Positions 19,432-29,574 are shown, counted from the stretch's first letter. The stretch is 64,000 bases of DNA from an uncultured Francisellaceae bacterium (GCA_903907935.1 CAIVQA010000053.1:176-64175), one strand, 5' to 3'. The notes: generated by a model not told the origin, from the sequence alone. A program made the numbers and translations.

Positions 19432-20022
19432 ATGACTCCATTACTTTTAATTTTAACAATTTTGGCATATTTAATTGGCTCCGTATCTAGTTCCATTTTA
19501 TTATGTCGTCTATTTAATTTACCAGATCCAAGACAACATGGCTCTAAAAATCCTGGCACAACCAATGTATTACGTATTGCTGGAAAAAAGCTTGCTGCTA
19601 GTGTGTTAATACTAGATATTATTAAAGGATTCTTTCCTGTATGGTTAATGCGATTTTTAGATATGCCAGACTTATTTGTAGTAATTATTGCTCTTGCAGT
19701 TTTTTTAGGTCAATTATTTCCAATATTTTTTAATTTTAAGGGTGGGAAGGGAATAGCAATCACCTTAGGTATTATTACCGCACTTTGTTGGAAACTATCT
19801 TTATTACTAGTATTAATTTGGGTATTAGTATTTTTAATGTTTAAAATTTCTTCTCTTGCAGCAATAAGTGCTACTATCGTAGCAATAATTTCAGCATTTT
19901 GGTTGCCAAATACAACTTTTGCTATTTGTATAGTTACAATAAGCCTATTAATTTTATTTAGACACCAACAGAATATTAAAAATCTGTTTAATAAAACTGA
20001 GTGTAAAATCAAGATAAATTAA
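19432..20022 (+). CDS. plsY: glycerol-3-phosphate acyltransferase PlsY
   Basis: AYLIGSVSSSILLCRLFNLPDPRQHGSKNPGTTNVLRIAGKK matches the PlsY signature. Divergent from folB, as in E. coli. Confidence 0.93.
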   Translation: MTPLLLILTILAYLIGSVSSSILLCRLFNLPDPRQHGSKNPGTTNVLRIAGKKLAASVLILDIIKGFFPVWLMRFLDMPDLFVVIIALAVFLGQLFPIFFNFKGGKGIAITLGIITALCWKLSLLLVLIWVLVFLMFKISSLAAISATIVAIISAFWLPNTTFAICIVTISLLILFRHQQNIKNLFNKTECKIKIN

Positions 20023-20037
20023 AACAGGTAACAAAAA

Positions 20038-20841
20038 GTGGATCTAGGTGCACTATTAGAAACTGGTACTAAATTGCTAGGTAGTATTGCAAATAGTTCA
20101 GAAGGACTTGGTGGTTTTTTTAGTAAATTAGATTTTACAAAAATACCAGACGCTCTTGCGGATTTAGGGAAGGCTGATTTAAACGAAACGTCTGCAAAAA
20201 ATTTATATGATAGTTTTTTTAAAACAATTGGCTTTGATGACCAAGCAAGATCAACATTACAAAATTCTTTAAATGAGACTTTGGGTCTAAAAACTGAAGA
20301 TTGGGACAAGGGCGCCATGACACTCATGAAAGATACTAACGCCAAACATAAATGGTTTACACCTAACGAATTGCAAGAAGGGATAACTGGTACACAAGAA
20401 TTTTTGAAAGATCCAAAGAATATTGAACAAATTCAGGATTTTTTGAAGAATCCGACATTTGGTAAAGAAGAAGTATCTAAATTTGATCAAGCCAACCAGC
20501 AACAACCTACACCAAGATCGAATTCTGATGTTGGATCTAATAATCCAAATCCGTTGATGGCTATAATCAAACAATTGTTAACTATGCTCAAAAAATTGAT
20601 GCCAAAACCAAGTAAGAACGCGCAACTCGGATCTCGATTATCTAGCTTAGCAACAGACTTTGAAGGATTTAATCCTACTAATAATCCCGAACCAAAACCG
20701 AGTAAAGAACTTCATCTTGGCATGGACCCTACAGCAAAGAGTCCACGCCACTTAGAACAATCTAAGACTGGATCCCAACCTGACCCTAAAGACTCAAAAC
20801 AAGAGGATGACCACCATGCCTCATCTGCAAAACCCAAATAA
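20038..20841 (+). CDS. hypothetical protein with a low-complexity Pro/Ser/Lys-rich C-terminal half
   Basis: 267-aa ORF with a GTG start and no recognisable motif. An ORF this long is unlikely by chance in AT-rich DNA. Confidence 0.45.
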   Translation: MDLGALLETGTKLLGSIANSSEGLGGFFSKLDFTKIPDALADLGKADLNETSAKNLYDSFFKTIGFDDQARSTLQNSLNETLGLKTEDWDKGAMTLMKDTNAKHKWFTPNELQEGITGTQEFLKDPKNIEQIQDFLKNPTFGKEEVSKFDQANQQQPTPRSNSDVGSNNPNPLMAIIKQLLTMLKKLMPKPSKNAQLGSRLSSLATDFEGFNPTNNPEPKPSKELHLGMDPTAKSPRHLEQSKTGSQPDPKDSKQEDDHHASSAKPK

Positions 20842-20861
20842 TTACAGCATTTTTACGATTA

Positions 20862-21008
20862 TATACTCTCGATTAATGAGTTTTCGGTACTCTAAAAAAA
20901 TAATGAGCGGTGTTTGAGCCCCATGCTGCTGCTGTTAACGCTGCTGAGCGCAGGGCGAGTTCAGCGAATTATTTTTTAGAGTACCAAAACTCATGTGCGA
21001 TCGTTATA
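20862..21008 (+). repeat. family-A palindromic element, divergent core (copy A2)
   Basis: Left terminus TATACTCTCGATTAATGAGTTTTCGGTACTCTAAAAAA; right terminus TTTTTTAGAGTACCAAAACTCATGTGCGATCGTTATA. The core diverges (GAGCGGTGTTTGAGCCCC..GCAGGGCGAGTTCAGCGAA). Confidence 0.85.
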
Positions 21009-21041
21009 TTTGATGGTATCCCCCACTGAACATTACTAAAG

Positions 21042-21602
21042 TTATTTCGTACAAGTTTCATACCAACGATAAACCACAACTATCCCAAATAATAAAATCA
21101 TAATAAAACCAATTAGACTCCAATTAGCCAAAGATAGTCCTAAAATTCTTAGTTTAACTTCTGAACATTCTAGTGATCCTTTAAGTGCTATTTTAAATAC
21201 CATAGAAATAGGATGTTGCAAAATTAGCTGCTCTAACCCAGCACTACAACTATAAACATTATTATGAACAATATTTTTTGGAAGAGATTGTAACCATGAT
21301 TGTCTACCAGCTATTAAGATCCCTATAACATCACAAATCATAATATTAAATAGAAAAAAGCAAGTTAATATATTAACAATAATTGAGGTATTAAAGATAA
21401 AGTCTATTAATAATCCAAAAATACAAGTACCAAGGATCCAAGTAAACAACAACCTTTGCATTGCGCACAAAACACAAGGCTCCATGGACAATACATTTTC
21501 AACAAAATAAGAACCAACTAATGCCAAAATACACCACAGTGCAATAGTAATAAAAAAATATCGCACTGTGAGTAATTTATTTAAATAAAAATTAAAAGAC
21601 AA
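21042..21602 (-). CDS. dsbB: disulfide bond formation protein B
   Basis: 186-aa four-TMS ORF with the EPCVLCAMQR (CxxC) motif and a second Cys pair in the periplasmic loop. Confidence 0.8.
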   Translation of the reverse strand: MSFNFYLNKLLTVRYFFITIALWCILALVGSYFVENVLSMEPCVLCAMQRLLFTWILGTCIFGLLIDFIFNTSIIVNILTCFFLFNIMICDVIGILIAGRQSWLQSLPKNIVHNNVYSCSAGLEQLILQHPISMVFKIALKGSLECSEVKLRILGLSLANWSLIGFIMILLFGIVVVYRWYETCTK

Positions 21603-22833
21603 ACTGTAATCTAGCTCCTATTGTATCGACATGTATTTTTTCTAAAGTAACACTTTTTTTAATATAGTGTTTTAAATATTCCCCAGTAATAGCAACATTC
21701 TTATTAGCATACCAGGTTACTGCCGCCCCAATGCCATGATCTGCACCACCAACTATGTCTTTATCGTTAAGATTTAAAAAGCTATAACGACCAGAAACTT
21801 CCCAAGCACCAAATTCTGGATTAGAAGGAATAACTTGACCTAATGTACCATTATAGGCACTAAAATTACGCGATTCTCCAGTTAATACATAATTAACATT
21901 AGCATAGTACCCGGAAAATTTTAAATTTCCTCTTGGTTGGCTTTTATCTCTATTAACCTTGGTAAGCAAATATTCACCCTGACCACTTAATGGCCCATCT
22001 TGCCCAGTTAACTCTAACCCAACAGTATAGTGACTATTAGCTTTAATCATTTTATTAGTGCTTTTATTTAAATTGGTAGTATTTAATAACATTTTAGTAG
22101 AATGACGAGATTTAGCTTCTGGAGCAGTTGAAAATTCTATACCAGTATGCCCATCATCTTTAATATGTCCAGAAAGACCAGCTTGTAAAAATTTATGTTC
22201 ACCAAAAAAATGTGCTTTAGTAGCCCTAGCATTAAATTGTACCCGGTCTGACTTATGAATTTCTTTATGATTTTCATCAAAAGTTTCATCATCTGGCTTT
22301 GGTTGAGTTACAGTTGCATTAAGAGAATAATCTTCTTGCCATTTATTAACACTAACACCTAAACCTGAATCTGGTTTAAAAGCAGTAGTTGCTATACTTC
22401 TTTCTAAGAAAGGGATCCACTTACTACTACTAGCATTTTCTACACAAAAACTAGGATTAACTTTACCGACTGAAACTTTAAAATTATCTCCTAATCCCTT
22501 ATAGCCAGCATAAGTTATATAAGCATCGTTAACTTCTGTCTTAGATTTGTGAGCATCGAACCCAACCCCAAGGGTAAATGATAAATCTTTACCAAGTCCA
22601 CCAGTAAGATCTATATCAAACTTTCTTATACTAGCACCACTATGTAAGTCTCCACGTTTATTACCCCAAAAAAGCCTTTCGTCTAATTGCAAAGCTCCAT
22701 TAACTGCAAACCAGTATGGATCATCTTGAGAACCAAATCTTAAACCATCTTTATAATTAACATTATTAGCATATGCTGAGAACGATGAAACAATCCCCAA
22801 CCCCAAACTTAATGTAGCAATACATTTTCTCAT
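21592..22833 (-). CDS. phosphate-selective porin O/P family outer-membrane protein
   Basis: 413-aa ORF with a signal peptide (..SFSAYA), alternating beta-strand pattern and C-terminal ..GARLQFVF. It resembles OprO/OprP-type porins. Confidence 0.6.
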   Translation of the reverse strand: MRKCIATLSLGLGIVSSFSAYANNVNYKDGLRFGSQDDPYWFAVNGALQLDERLFWGNKRGDLHSGASIRKFDIDLTGGLGKDLSFTLGVGFDAHKSKTEVNDAYITYAGYKGLGDNFKVSVGKVNPSFCVENASSSKWIPFLERSIATTAFKPDSGLGVSVNKWQEDYSLNATVTQPKPDDETFDENHKEIHKSDRVQFNARATKAHFFGEHKFLQAGLSGHIKDDGHTGIEFSTAPEAKSRHSTKMLLNTTNLNKSTNKMIKANSHYTVGLELTGQDGPLSGQGEYLLTKVNRDKSQPRGNLKFSGYYANVNYVLTGESRNFSAYNGTLGQVIPSNPEFGAWEVSGRYSFLNLNDKDIVGGADHGIGAAVTWYANKNVAITGEYLKHYIKKSVTLEKIHVDTIGARLQFVF

Positions 22834-22919
22834 AGATCACCTCTTTAAAAAACCATACTATAAACAAAACAAGGATAAAACCATAGTATTAAATTTAAGT
22901 TTATTTTGCAAATAGTTAT

Positions 22920-23069
22920 ATATAGTAAACGTACGTGAGTTTTCGGTGCTCTAAAAAACAAGTCGTGAAACTCGCCTTTCGCAAAGTAAAGAACAACTAG
23001 ATGCCAAGGAGGCTCAAACAACACTCCTTGTTTTTTAGAGCACCGAAAACTCACGTACGTTTACTATAT
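22920..23069 (-). repeat. family-A palindromic element, short form, inverted core orientation (copy A3)
   Basis: Both arms read ATATAGTAAACGTACGTGAGTTTTCGGTGCTCTAAAAAACAAG, a perfect mirror. The core is the reverse complement of A1. Confidence 0.9.
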
Positions 23070-23078
23070 TTATTGTGA

Positions 23079-23900
23079 TTAAATTTTGAATTTACCAATA
23101 AATGCTGAATTTGCTGGTCCTTTAATAAGCAAGCAATTATCCTCTAGTTTAATCTGTAAAGATCCTAATTTAAATAAAATTTTAACTTTGTATTGAATTA
23201 ATTTTAAATGCTTAGCTACTAAAAATGTCGCTATAGCATTACTACCGCAAGCCAAGGTCTCACCTGCTCCACGCTCAAAAACCCGTAATTTAATGCTGTT
23301 AGAATCAATAATCTTAGCAAAACCAACATTTACGCCTAAAGGAAAGATATCTTGATTAGCAATTTCTTCAGCTATCAACCTATATTTAGAATGTTCTATT
23401 TCTGGGTACTCGTCTGTTACCTCATTGGGTAATAAAAAAATCGCATGTGGATTACCAATAGATACAGCATATATTTCAATTGGCGCTTCAAGATTATTTA
23501 ACTTTAATGAAAAATTATTTACAGATGCGTTAATAATTCCTAAATTTGTAGTAATTAATTGATTATTTTCTACAGTAAAAGTTACACTACCTGCCATGCA
23601 ATCAGCAACTATAACCTTTTTATTAACTAACCCAACATCTAATGCAAATCTAGCCGCACATCTAGCACCATTTAAACATTGTTCAGCAATTTTACCGTTA
23701 GAATTATAAATTTTATAGTAAAAATCAGATAAAGGATTTATTGGAGGTTCTAGCAAAATAACTTGATCACACCCAATACCAATATTACGGTTAGCTATTT
23801 TCTTAATATAGGCAGCTGGTAACTTAATATCTTGGGTAATAGCATCTATAACTACAAAATCGTTACCTAAAGCATGCATTTTAGTAAAATTAACCAACAT
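23079..23900 (-). CDS. dapF: diaminopimelate epimerase
   Basis: MLVNFTKMHALGNDFVVIDA, the catalytic Cys contexts NSNGKIAEQCLNGARC and ETLACGSNA. Confidence 0.95.
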   Translation of the reverse strand: MLVNFTKMHALGNDFVVIDAITQDIKLPAAYIKKIANRNIGIGCDQVILLEPPINPLSDFYYKIYNSNGKIAEQCLNGARCAARFALDVGLVNKKVIVADCMAGSVTFTVENNQLITTNLGIINASVNNFSLKLNNLEAPIEIYAVSIGNPHAIFLLPNEVTDEYPEIEHSKYRLIAEEIANQDIFPLGVNVGFAKIIDSNSIKLRVFERGAGETLACGSNAIATFLVAKHLKLIQYKVKILFKLGSLQIKLEDNCLLIKGPANSAFIGKFKI

Positions 23901-24022
23901 TATTTAACAAAACGCCAATTAGTATGATCTTTTGGCAAATGTAAAGGACCACTTTGCCCACAAGAAACTATAAAAAAACTTAACAGCATTAATAAACTGA
24001 TCTTATTGTTAATAAAAAACAT
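23900..24022 (-). CDS. lptM: small lipoprotein LptM/YifL
   Basis: Not in the ORF track (40 aa). My translation is MFFINNKISLLMLLSFFIVSCGQSGPLHLPKDHTNWRFVK. It has a lipobox (IVSC) followed by the G.SGPLHLP signature. It lies directly upstream of dapF, as yifL does in E. coli, with a TAATG overlap. Confidence 0.7.
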   Translation of the reverse strand: MFFINNKISLLMLLSFFIVSCGQSGPLHLPKDHTNWRFVK

Positions 24023-24138
24023 TAGGTCATTTTAAAGTACCTACAATAAAAGAGCAATCATTAATAAAACCACCTGGATATTTGGTATTTGTTTAACTAA
24101 AATTAAAATAAAACTCTAAGTATTTTCAGGATAATACC

Positions 24139-25830
24139 GTGGACAACCATAAAAACTCAGATAACAATAGGTCTTCTGAATTAGAAAACGAATTACTATT
24201 AACTCAAGCAACTTTTCAAGCAGCACCAGTCGGGATCCTTCTAATAGATCCCAATAATAAAATATTACTACATAATAAAAAATTTATTAAAATATGGGAA
24301 ATTTATTCTCTTAATCTTTTAGAATCAGCAACTGAACTATTTAACTATATGCAAACTAAAGCTAATACTTCCTTACAATTTTCTAATTTTACCGAAGAAG
24401 TAACTGTGACTGAAATTGAAATGAAAAATGGAACTTACATTGAACAATATGCTAACACTCATTATTATGACAAAGAAGTACTTGGTACTGTCTATAGTTT
24501 TCGTGATATAACCCCAAGAAAACATTTAGAACAACAATTAGAATCCCAAGCTACTTTTGATCCTTTAACCGGTCTACCAAACAGACACCTGCTAATTGAT
24601 CGATTACAACAAAATATTGCTCTTGCAAAACGTAATAATAGTTATATAGCAGTATTATTTATTGATTTAGATTCTTTTAAAGCTATCAATGATACTTTTG
24701 GTCATAGTGTAGGTGATCAATTACTACAAACTTTTGGCCAAAGATTAAAACAATATATTCGAGAACATGATACTGTTGCCAGGTTAAGCGGAGATGAATT
24801 TGTTGTAATAATAACATCTGCTACTTTTGACTTAAAATATTTTTATAAAATAATTGAGAGATTTTTTGAACATATTATCGAACCATACAATCTAGCTGAA
24901 CAAGAAATAATAGTTACTGCTAGTATGGGGGTAACTTTCTATCCTCAAGATGGCCAAACTCCAGATACTCTTATTAAACATGCCGATATAGCTATGTATA
25001 ATGTTAAAGAAAAAGGTAAAAATACCTTCGAATTTTATAATGAAGCAATGTCTAAACAATTATTAGAACGCCTTCAGCTTGAAAATGGTTTGCATACCGC
25101 ACTACAAAAAAATGAATTTTTCTTACATTATCAACCTATTATCGATCTAAAAACTAATAAAATTGTAGCTATGGAAGCTTTAATCCGTTGGCAACATCCA
25201 ACATTAGGTTTGATTCCACCAAATACCTTTATTCCTGTTGCTGAATCAACTGGATCAATTTTTCCTATAGGGCTTTGGGTATTAAGAACTGCCTGTACTC
25301 AACTAAAATCTTGGCATAATAATAACTTACCTCTTATTAAAATATCTATCAATGTCTCTGAACGTCAGTTGAAACAAACTGATTTTGTGAAAACCATAGA
25401 ACTAGTTCTTAAAGAAACAAAATTAGAAGCAAAATATGTAGAAATTGAAATGGCCGAAAAAGTATTTTTAAGTAGTGGCAATCAAATACTACCAACTCTT
25501 ATGGAACTAAAAGAACTAGGTATTGGGGTTAATATTGATGATTTTGGTACCTGTTATTCAAGATTAAGCACAGTTAAAATGTTTCCTGTAGATGCTATTA
25601 AAATTGATCGAACATTTATTAAAGATATAGAACACCCTGGAATTAAAGCAGTTGTTCAATCTATGGCAACAGTCGCAAAAAATTTACACTTAAATGTAAT
25701 TGCTGAAGGCGTAGAAACTAGCGAACAGTTAGATGTTCTCTCTAAACTCTTTACCAATGAGGCTCAAGGTTATTACTTTGGTAAACCGACTTCTGCAGAA
25801 GAAGCCGGCAACCTCCTATTAAAAAATTGA
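24139..25830 (+). CDS. PAS-GGDEF-EAL cyclic-di-GMP signalling protein
   Basis: 563-aa ORF with LTGLPNR, SGDEF (a variant GGDEF), EALIRW, DDFGTCYS, EGVET and QGYYFGKP. GTG start. Confidence 0.9.
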   Translation: MDNHKNSDNNRSSELENELLLTQATFQAAPVGILLIDPNNKILLHNKKFIKIWEIYSLNLLESATELFNYMQTKANTSLQFSNFTEEVTVTEIEMKNGTYIEQYANTHYYDKEVLGTVYSFRDITPRKHLEQQLESQATFDPLTGLPNRHLLIDRLQQNIALAKRNNSYIAVLFIDLDSFKAINDTFGHSVGDQLLQTFGQRLKQYIREHDTVARLSGDEFVVIITSATFDLKYFYKIIERFFEHIIEPYNLAEQEIIVTASMGVTFYPQDGQTPDTLIKHADIAMYNVKEKGKNTFEFYNEAMSKQLLERLQLENGLHTALQKNEFFLHYQPIIDLKTNKIVAMEALIRWQHPTLGLIPPNTFIPVAESTGSIFPIGLWVLRTACTQLKSWHNNNLPLIKISINVSERQLKQTDFVKTIELVLKETKLEAKYVEIEMAEKVFLSSGNQILPTLMELKELGIGVNIDDFGTCYSRLSTVKMFPVDAIKIDRTFIKDIEHPGIKAVVQSMATVAKNLHLNVIAEGVETSEQLDVLSKLFTNEAQGYYFGKPTSAEEAGNLLLKN

Positions 25831-25843
25831 AGCTTATTTCAAA

Positions 25844-25878
25844 CCCCCCCTCTCCCGCAGGGAGATGGATTGGGGTAG
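25844..25878. other. GC-rich hairpin between convergent genes (possible bidirectional terminator)
   Basis: CCCCCCCTCTCCCGCAGGGAGATGGATTGGGG, with a perfect TCTCCC-GCA-GGGAGA stem-loop. There is no adjacent U-tract on either strand. Confidence 0.35.
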
Positions 25879-25893
25879 GCAAAAAATTAAAAA

Positions 25894-27825
25894 CTAAAAC
25901 ACTAAATTTAACATTAAACTATTAAATCTTCTCGCAAACATTGCTGGATCTTCTAATTGACCACCCTCTACTAAAATAGCTTGATCTAATAATATATGAC
26001 ACAAATCAGTAAATTTTTTAGGATTACTAGATTTAAGTTTCGGTAAATTAGAAATTACAACATGTTTTGGATTAATCTCTAAAATTGGCTTAGATTTAGC
26101 TATTGTTTGACCAGCAGCTCGCATTATACGTTCCATTTGAGGAGTCATATCATTATGATCTGCCACTATACATGCTGGAGATTCTGTTAAGCGCACTGTA
26201 ACTCGCACATCTTTAACTTGTTCTCCCAATTCTTTTTTGATTTCTTTAACTAAATCTTTAAATTCTTCTGATAATTGTTGTTGTTGTTTTTGATCTTCTT
26301 CATTTTCTAGTTTTCCGAGATCTAAATTACTTTTAACAATTGATTGAAATTTTTTACCCTTATATTCTGTTAAGTGGCTCATCATCCATTCATCAATCTT
26401 ATCGCTTAACAACAATACTTCTATATCTTTTTTTCTAAAAATTTCCAAATGTGGGCTAGCTTTAGTAGCATTAAAACTATCTGCTGCTACATAATAAATA
26501 TTTTCCTGATCTGGCTTTAAGCGGGCAATATAGTCATCTAAAGAAACATCTTGCTCTTGATTATCTAGATAAGTAGAACTAAACCTCAATAATTTAGCAA
26601 TTTTTTCGCGATTAGAAAAATCTTCTGCAGGTCCTTCTTTTAATACCTGGCCAAATTCTTTCCAAAAAGCTAAATACTTAGCAGAATCTTTTTCTGCCAT
26701 ATTTTCTAACATTTCTAATACCCGTTTTATAGTACTACTACGAATAGAAGCAGTAATAGCGCTATGTTGTAGTATTTCTCTAGAAACATTTAATGGTAAA
26801 TCATTAGAATCCATAATGCCTCGAACAAAACGCAAATAAAATGGTAAGAACTGCTCTGCATCATCCATTATAAATACTCGTTTTACGTATAGTTTTAACC
26901 CTTTAGGCTTAGCAACATGATACAAATCAAATGGTGCTTTTTTAGGAATGTATAATAAAGATATGTATTCTAATTTACCTTCAACTTTATTATGAATCCA
27001 TGCTAATGGATCTTCAAAATCATGGGCAATATACTTATATAATTCTCTATATTGCTCATCTTTAATGCTACCCTTAGGCAAAGACCACAATGCTACAGCT
27101 CTATTTATTACTTCTTCTTCGGGAACTTCTATAACTTTACTATCTTTTTCTGCTCCATCCTTCTCCGGTTCTTTTTCTTTAATCATAACAATAGGTAAGC
27201 TAATATGATCTGAATATTTAGTAATAACATGCCTTACATGCCAATTATTTAAAAATTGATCTTCGTCAGGTTTTAAATGTAATACTACTTCTGTTCCGCG
27301 ATTAATTTTTCTGATATTTTCAATCTCATATTCTCCATCACCTTTAGATGTCCATTTAACACCGTGTGCTGCATCATCCCCAGCTAACCTACTAGTTACT
27401 GTTACTTGATCTGCTACTATAAATGCTGAATAAAATCCTACTCCAAATTGACCAATTAATTGAGAATCTTTTGCACGATCGCCAGTTAATTTAGATAAAA
27501 ATTCTTTAGTGCCAGATTTTGCTATTGTTCCTAAATTTTTAATTATATCATCCATATTCATACCAATACCGTTATCACGAATAGTTATGGTACGTGCATC
27601 TTTATTAAGATCTACCCATACTTTTAAATCGGAATCATTTTCATAAAGTGATGGGTTATTAAGAACCTCAAATCGTAATTTATCAGCTGCATCTGAAGCA
27701 TTAGAAATTAGTTCTCGTAAAAAAATTTCTTTATTGCTATATAAACTATTAATCATTAAATGCAACAATTGCTTAACTTCTGCTTGAAAACTCAAAGTTT
27801 GTTTTTTATTTTCCACTTCTGTCAT
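25894..27825 (-). CDS. htpG: molecular chaperone HtpG (Hsp90)
   Basis: [27 protein letters not shown] and [12 protein letters not shown] prefer ATG 27825 (GGAG 5 nt upstream) over the track's GTG 27831. Confidence 0.96.
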   Translation of the reverse strand: MTEVENKKQTLSFQAEVKQLLHLMINSLYSNKEIFLRELISNASDAADKLRFEVLNNPSLYENDSDLKVWVDLNKDARTITIRDNGIGMNMDDIIKNLGTIAKSGTKEFLSKLTGDRAKDSQLIGQFGVGFYSAFIVADQVTVTSRLAGDDAAHGVKWTSKGDGEYEIENIRKINRGTEVVLHLKPDEDQFLNNWHVRHVITKYSDHISLPIVMIKEKEPEKDGAEKDSKVIEVPEEEVINRAVALWSLPKGSIKDEQYRELYKYIAHDFEDPLAWIHNKVEGKLEYISLLYIPKKAPFDLYHVAKPKGLKLYVKRVFIMDDAEQFLPFYLRFVRGIMDSNDLPLNVSREILQHSAITASIRSSTIKRVLEMLENMAEKDSAKYLAFWKEFGQVLKEGPAEDFSNREKIAKLLRFSSTYLDNQEQDVSLDDYIARLKPDQENIYYVAADSFNATKASPHLEIFRKKDIEVLLLSDKIDEWMMSHLTEYKGKKFQSIVKSNLDLGKLENEEDQKQQQQLSEEFKDLVKEIKKELGEQVKDVRVTVRLTESPACIVADHNDMTPQMERIMRAAGQTIAKSKPILEINPKHVVISNLPKLKSSNPKKFTDLCHILLDQAILVEGGQLEDPAMFARRFNSLMLNLVF

Positions 27826-27849
27826 ATACACTCCATTTAAATTAAAGTT

Positions 27850-28449
27850 CTAACAAATTAATTCTCTATCGCTTAACGCTCTAGCTAAAGTACCACTATC
27901 GGTGGTTTCTAATTCTCCACCAAATGGCACACCTTGGGCGATCCTACTAGTCTTAATACCATACCCTTTCGTGACCTCAGCAAAATAAAATGCTGTAGTT
28001 TCGCCTTCTACGGTTAAACTAGTAGCCATAATAACTTCTTTTATCTGGCCTTGTTGCAATAAATTACGGTATTCTACTATACCTAAGTCTTCTGGGCCAA
28101 TACCATCTAACGGCGATAACTTACCTAACAACACAAAATATAAACCATTATATTGTTTTGTTTGTTCTATAGCTAAAATATCAGCTGGACTTTCTACCAC
28201 ACACAATAATTGACAATCTCTAGTAGAGTTATTACAAATAACACAAATTAGTTTTTCTGATAAAGTACGACATTGTTGACATTTGCCTACATCTTGCAAA
28301 GCTCTCTTTAGAGTAATAGATAAATTATTTCCGCCTTCTCGATTAGCTTGCAGAATATAAAAAGCCATTCGCTGAGCAGTTTTAGGCCCTACCCCAGGTA
28401 AACAGCGAAATGCCATAATTAAATCATCAATTAAAGGACTAAAAATCAT
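27850..28449 (-). CDS. recR: recombination protein RecR
   Basis: LPGVGPKTAQRMAFY, a C4 zinc finger (CQQC..CVIC) and a Toprim segment. Confidence 0.95.
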   Translation of the reverse strand: MIFSPLIDDLIMAFRCLPGVGPKTAQRMAFYILQANREGGNNLSITLKRALQDVGKCQQCRTLSEKLICVICNNSTRDCQLLCVVESPADILAIEQTKQYNGLYFVLLGKLSPLDGIGPEDLGIVEYRNLLQQGQIKEVIMATSLTVEGETTAFYFAEVTKGYGIKTSRIAQGVPFGGELETTDSGTLARALSDRELIC

Positions 28450-28450
28450 A

Positions 28451-28467
28451 TTTAGAGTACCGAAAAC
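28451..28467. repeat. orphan fragment of a family-A terminus
   Basis: TTTAGAGTACCGAAAAC equals the inner part of a right arm. It lies immediately next to copy A4 and 2 nt from the recR start codon. Confidence 0.6.
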
Positions 28468-28470
28468 CTA

Positions 28471-28694
28471 TATATACTAATTGCACATGAGTTTTCAGTG
28501 CTCTAAAAAACAAGTGACTCGCGCCATCATGGCGCTCACCCTTCTGGCGTGTTGCACACGTCAAAAATGTCTATCCTGACATTTTTTCGTGAAACTCGCC
28601 TTTCACAAAGTTAAAGAACAACTAGAATCCAAAGAGGCTCAAACAACACTCCTTGTTTTTTAGAGCACTGAAAACTCATGTACAATTTATATAT
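28471..28694 (-). repeat. family-A palindromic element, long form with nested module C (copy A4)
   Basis: Left terminus TATATACTAATTGCACATGAGTTTTCAGTGCTCTAAAAAACAAG; right terminus CTTGTTTTTTAGAGCACTGAAAACTCATGTACAATTTATAT. The G-to-A change (CGG to CAG) is present in both arms. Confidence 0.9.
28514..28587 (-). repeat. module C, copy C2 inside A4
   Basis: GTGACTCGCGCCATCATGGCGCTCACCCTTCTGGCGTGTTGCACACGTCAAAAATGTCTATCCTGACATTTTTT, the reverse complement of the C4 sequence. Confidence 0.85.
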
Positions 28695-28758
28695 TGGCGT
28701 TTTTGTAATTCAATTATAAAATTACTAATGTACCACTTAAATCAAAGGATTGACAAAA

Positions 28759-29535
28759 ATGGCTCATGATGAGGTATTATTATTTAAAAAGTTAGCAAAC
28801 AATCTAATTGTAGCGGCAACTTTAACTTGTACTCCAATAGCTGCTTACTCTGCTACTGCTTCTATTGGCTTAGATCTTGGAGTCCGATCACTACATTTTG
28901 CAGATGAGTACGGTAAAGACCATTTTGCTAAGCATTACTACCATATCAGCCCTTATTTGGAACTACAATTGAACAAAAATCTAGGATTGCAAGTTGGGTA
29001 CGAAACTAGTGACAAAAGAAGTAACTTAAAATTATATGGTATGAATGATAATTTTCTCGGAGCCCCTCCTTCACCTAACGGACAAGTTATAAGATTTTTT
29101 TCAAAAGCAAAAATAAATGGAGGATTTTTAGGATTTTTTATAAATAATACTTTTTGGCAACAATATTCGTTTCCCGTAGATCTTTCTTTATTTGCTGGAG
29201 TAGCTCTATTAAAATTAAGAATGTCTAATACTGAAGTAACCGGTAATGGTGATCCTAGTGGCAACCAAAATCCTACATTTGAAGATATGGATACCGCAAA
29301 AAAAGCTTGTCCTAAAATAACTATTGCAGCTAAGTTTCCTATTCCTAAAATAGCAAAAGGTCTCAGTTTTAAAATAAGCTATGGTTGGGAACAAACTTCA
29401 AATTTAAGCGCACAAAGATATACTATGGCTGGAGGTGGTATACTAGGTGGCGGATACCCTTCTATACCATTAATGATTGTAAAAGTAAAAAATTCTCACT
29501 ATGGAGCAATAGGATTAAATTATAATTTATTGTAA
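28759..29535 (+). CDS. putative outer-membrane beta-barrel protein, paralogue 1
   Basis: Signal peptide (..TPIAAYSA), alternating beta pattern, C-terminal GLNYNLL. The start was chosen by analogy of its RBS context with paralogue 2 (AAAGGATTGACAAAAATG versus AAGGGATTGATAGCAAATG). Confidence 0.55.
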   Translation: MAHDEVLLFKKLANNLIVAATLTCTPIAAYSATASIGLDLGVRSLHFADEYGKDHFAKHYYHISPYLELQLNKNLGLQVGYETSDKRSNLKLYGMNDNFLGAPPSPNGQVIRFFSKAKINGGFLGFFINNTFWQQYSFPVDLSLFAGVALLKLRMSNTEVTGNGDPSGNQNPTFEDMDTAKKACPKITIAAKFPIPKIAKGLSFKISYGWEQTSNLSAQRYTMAGGGILGGGYPSIPLMIVKVKNSHYGAIGLNYNLL

Positions 29536-29574
29536 GTATATTAATAATTCAAACAACCAAGGGATTGATAGCAA

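Noticed and set aside
19431-19565. N-terminal extension of folB to TTG 19565 (175-aa track ORF)
   Set aside because: Alignment with FolB begins at residue 56 or so of that ORF. The extension would overlap plsY by 134 nt on the opposite strand, so ATG 19430 is the more parsimonious start.
22845-23054. 69-aa ORF (MSFRCSKKQGVLFEPPWHLVV..GEFHDLFFRAPKTH..)
   Set aside because: It lies entirely within palindromic element A3. The same pseudo-peptide recurs wherever the element occurs (38149..38376, 34999..35289, 59816..60178, 40089..40277), so these are repeat-generated ORFs, not genes.
25844-25878. GC-rich hairpin as a canonical Rho-independent terminator
   Set aside because: The stem-loop is perfect but there is no U-tract on either strand. 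It is kept only as a low-confidence structural feature.
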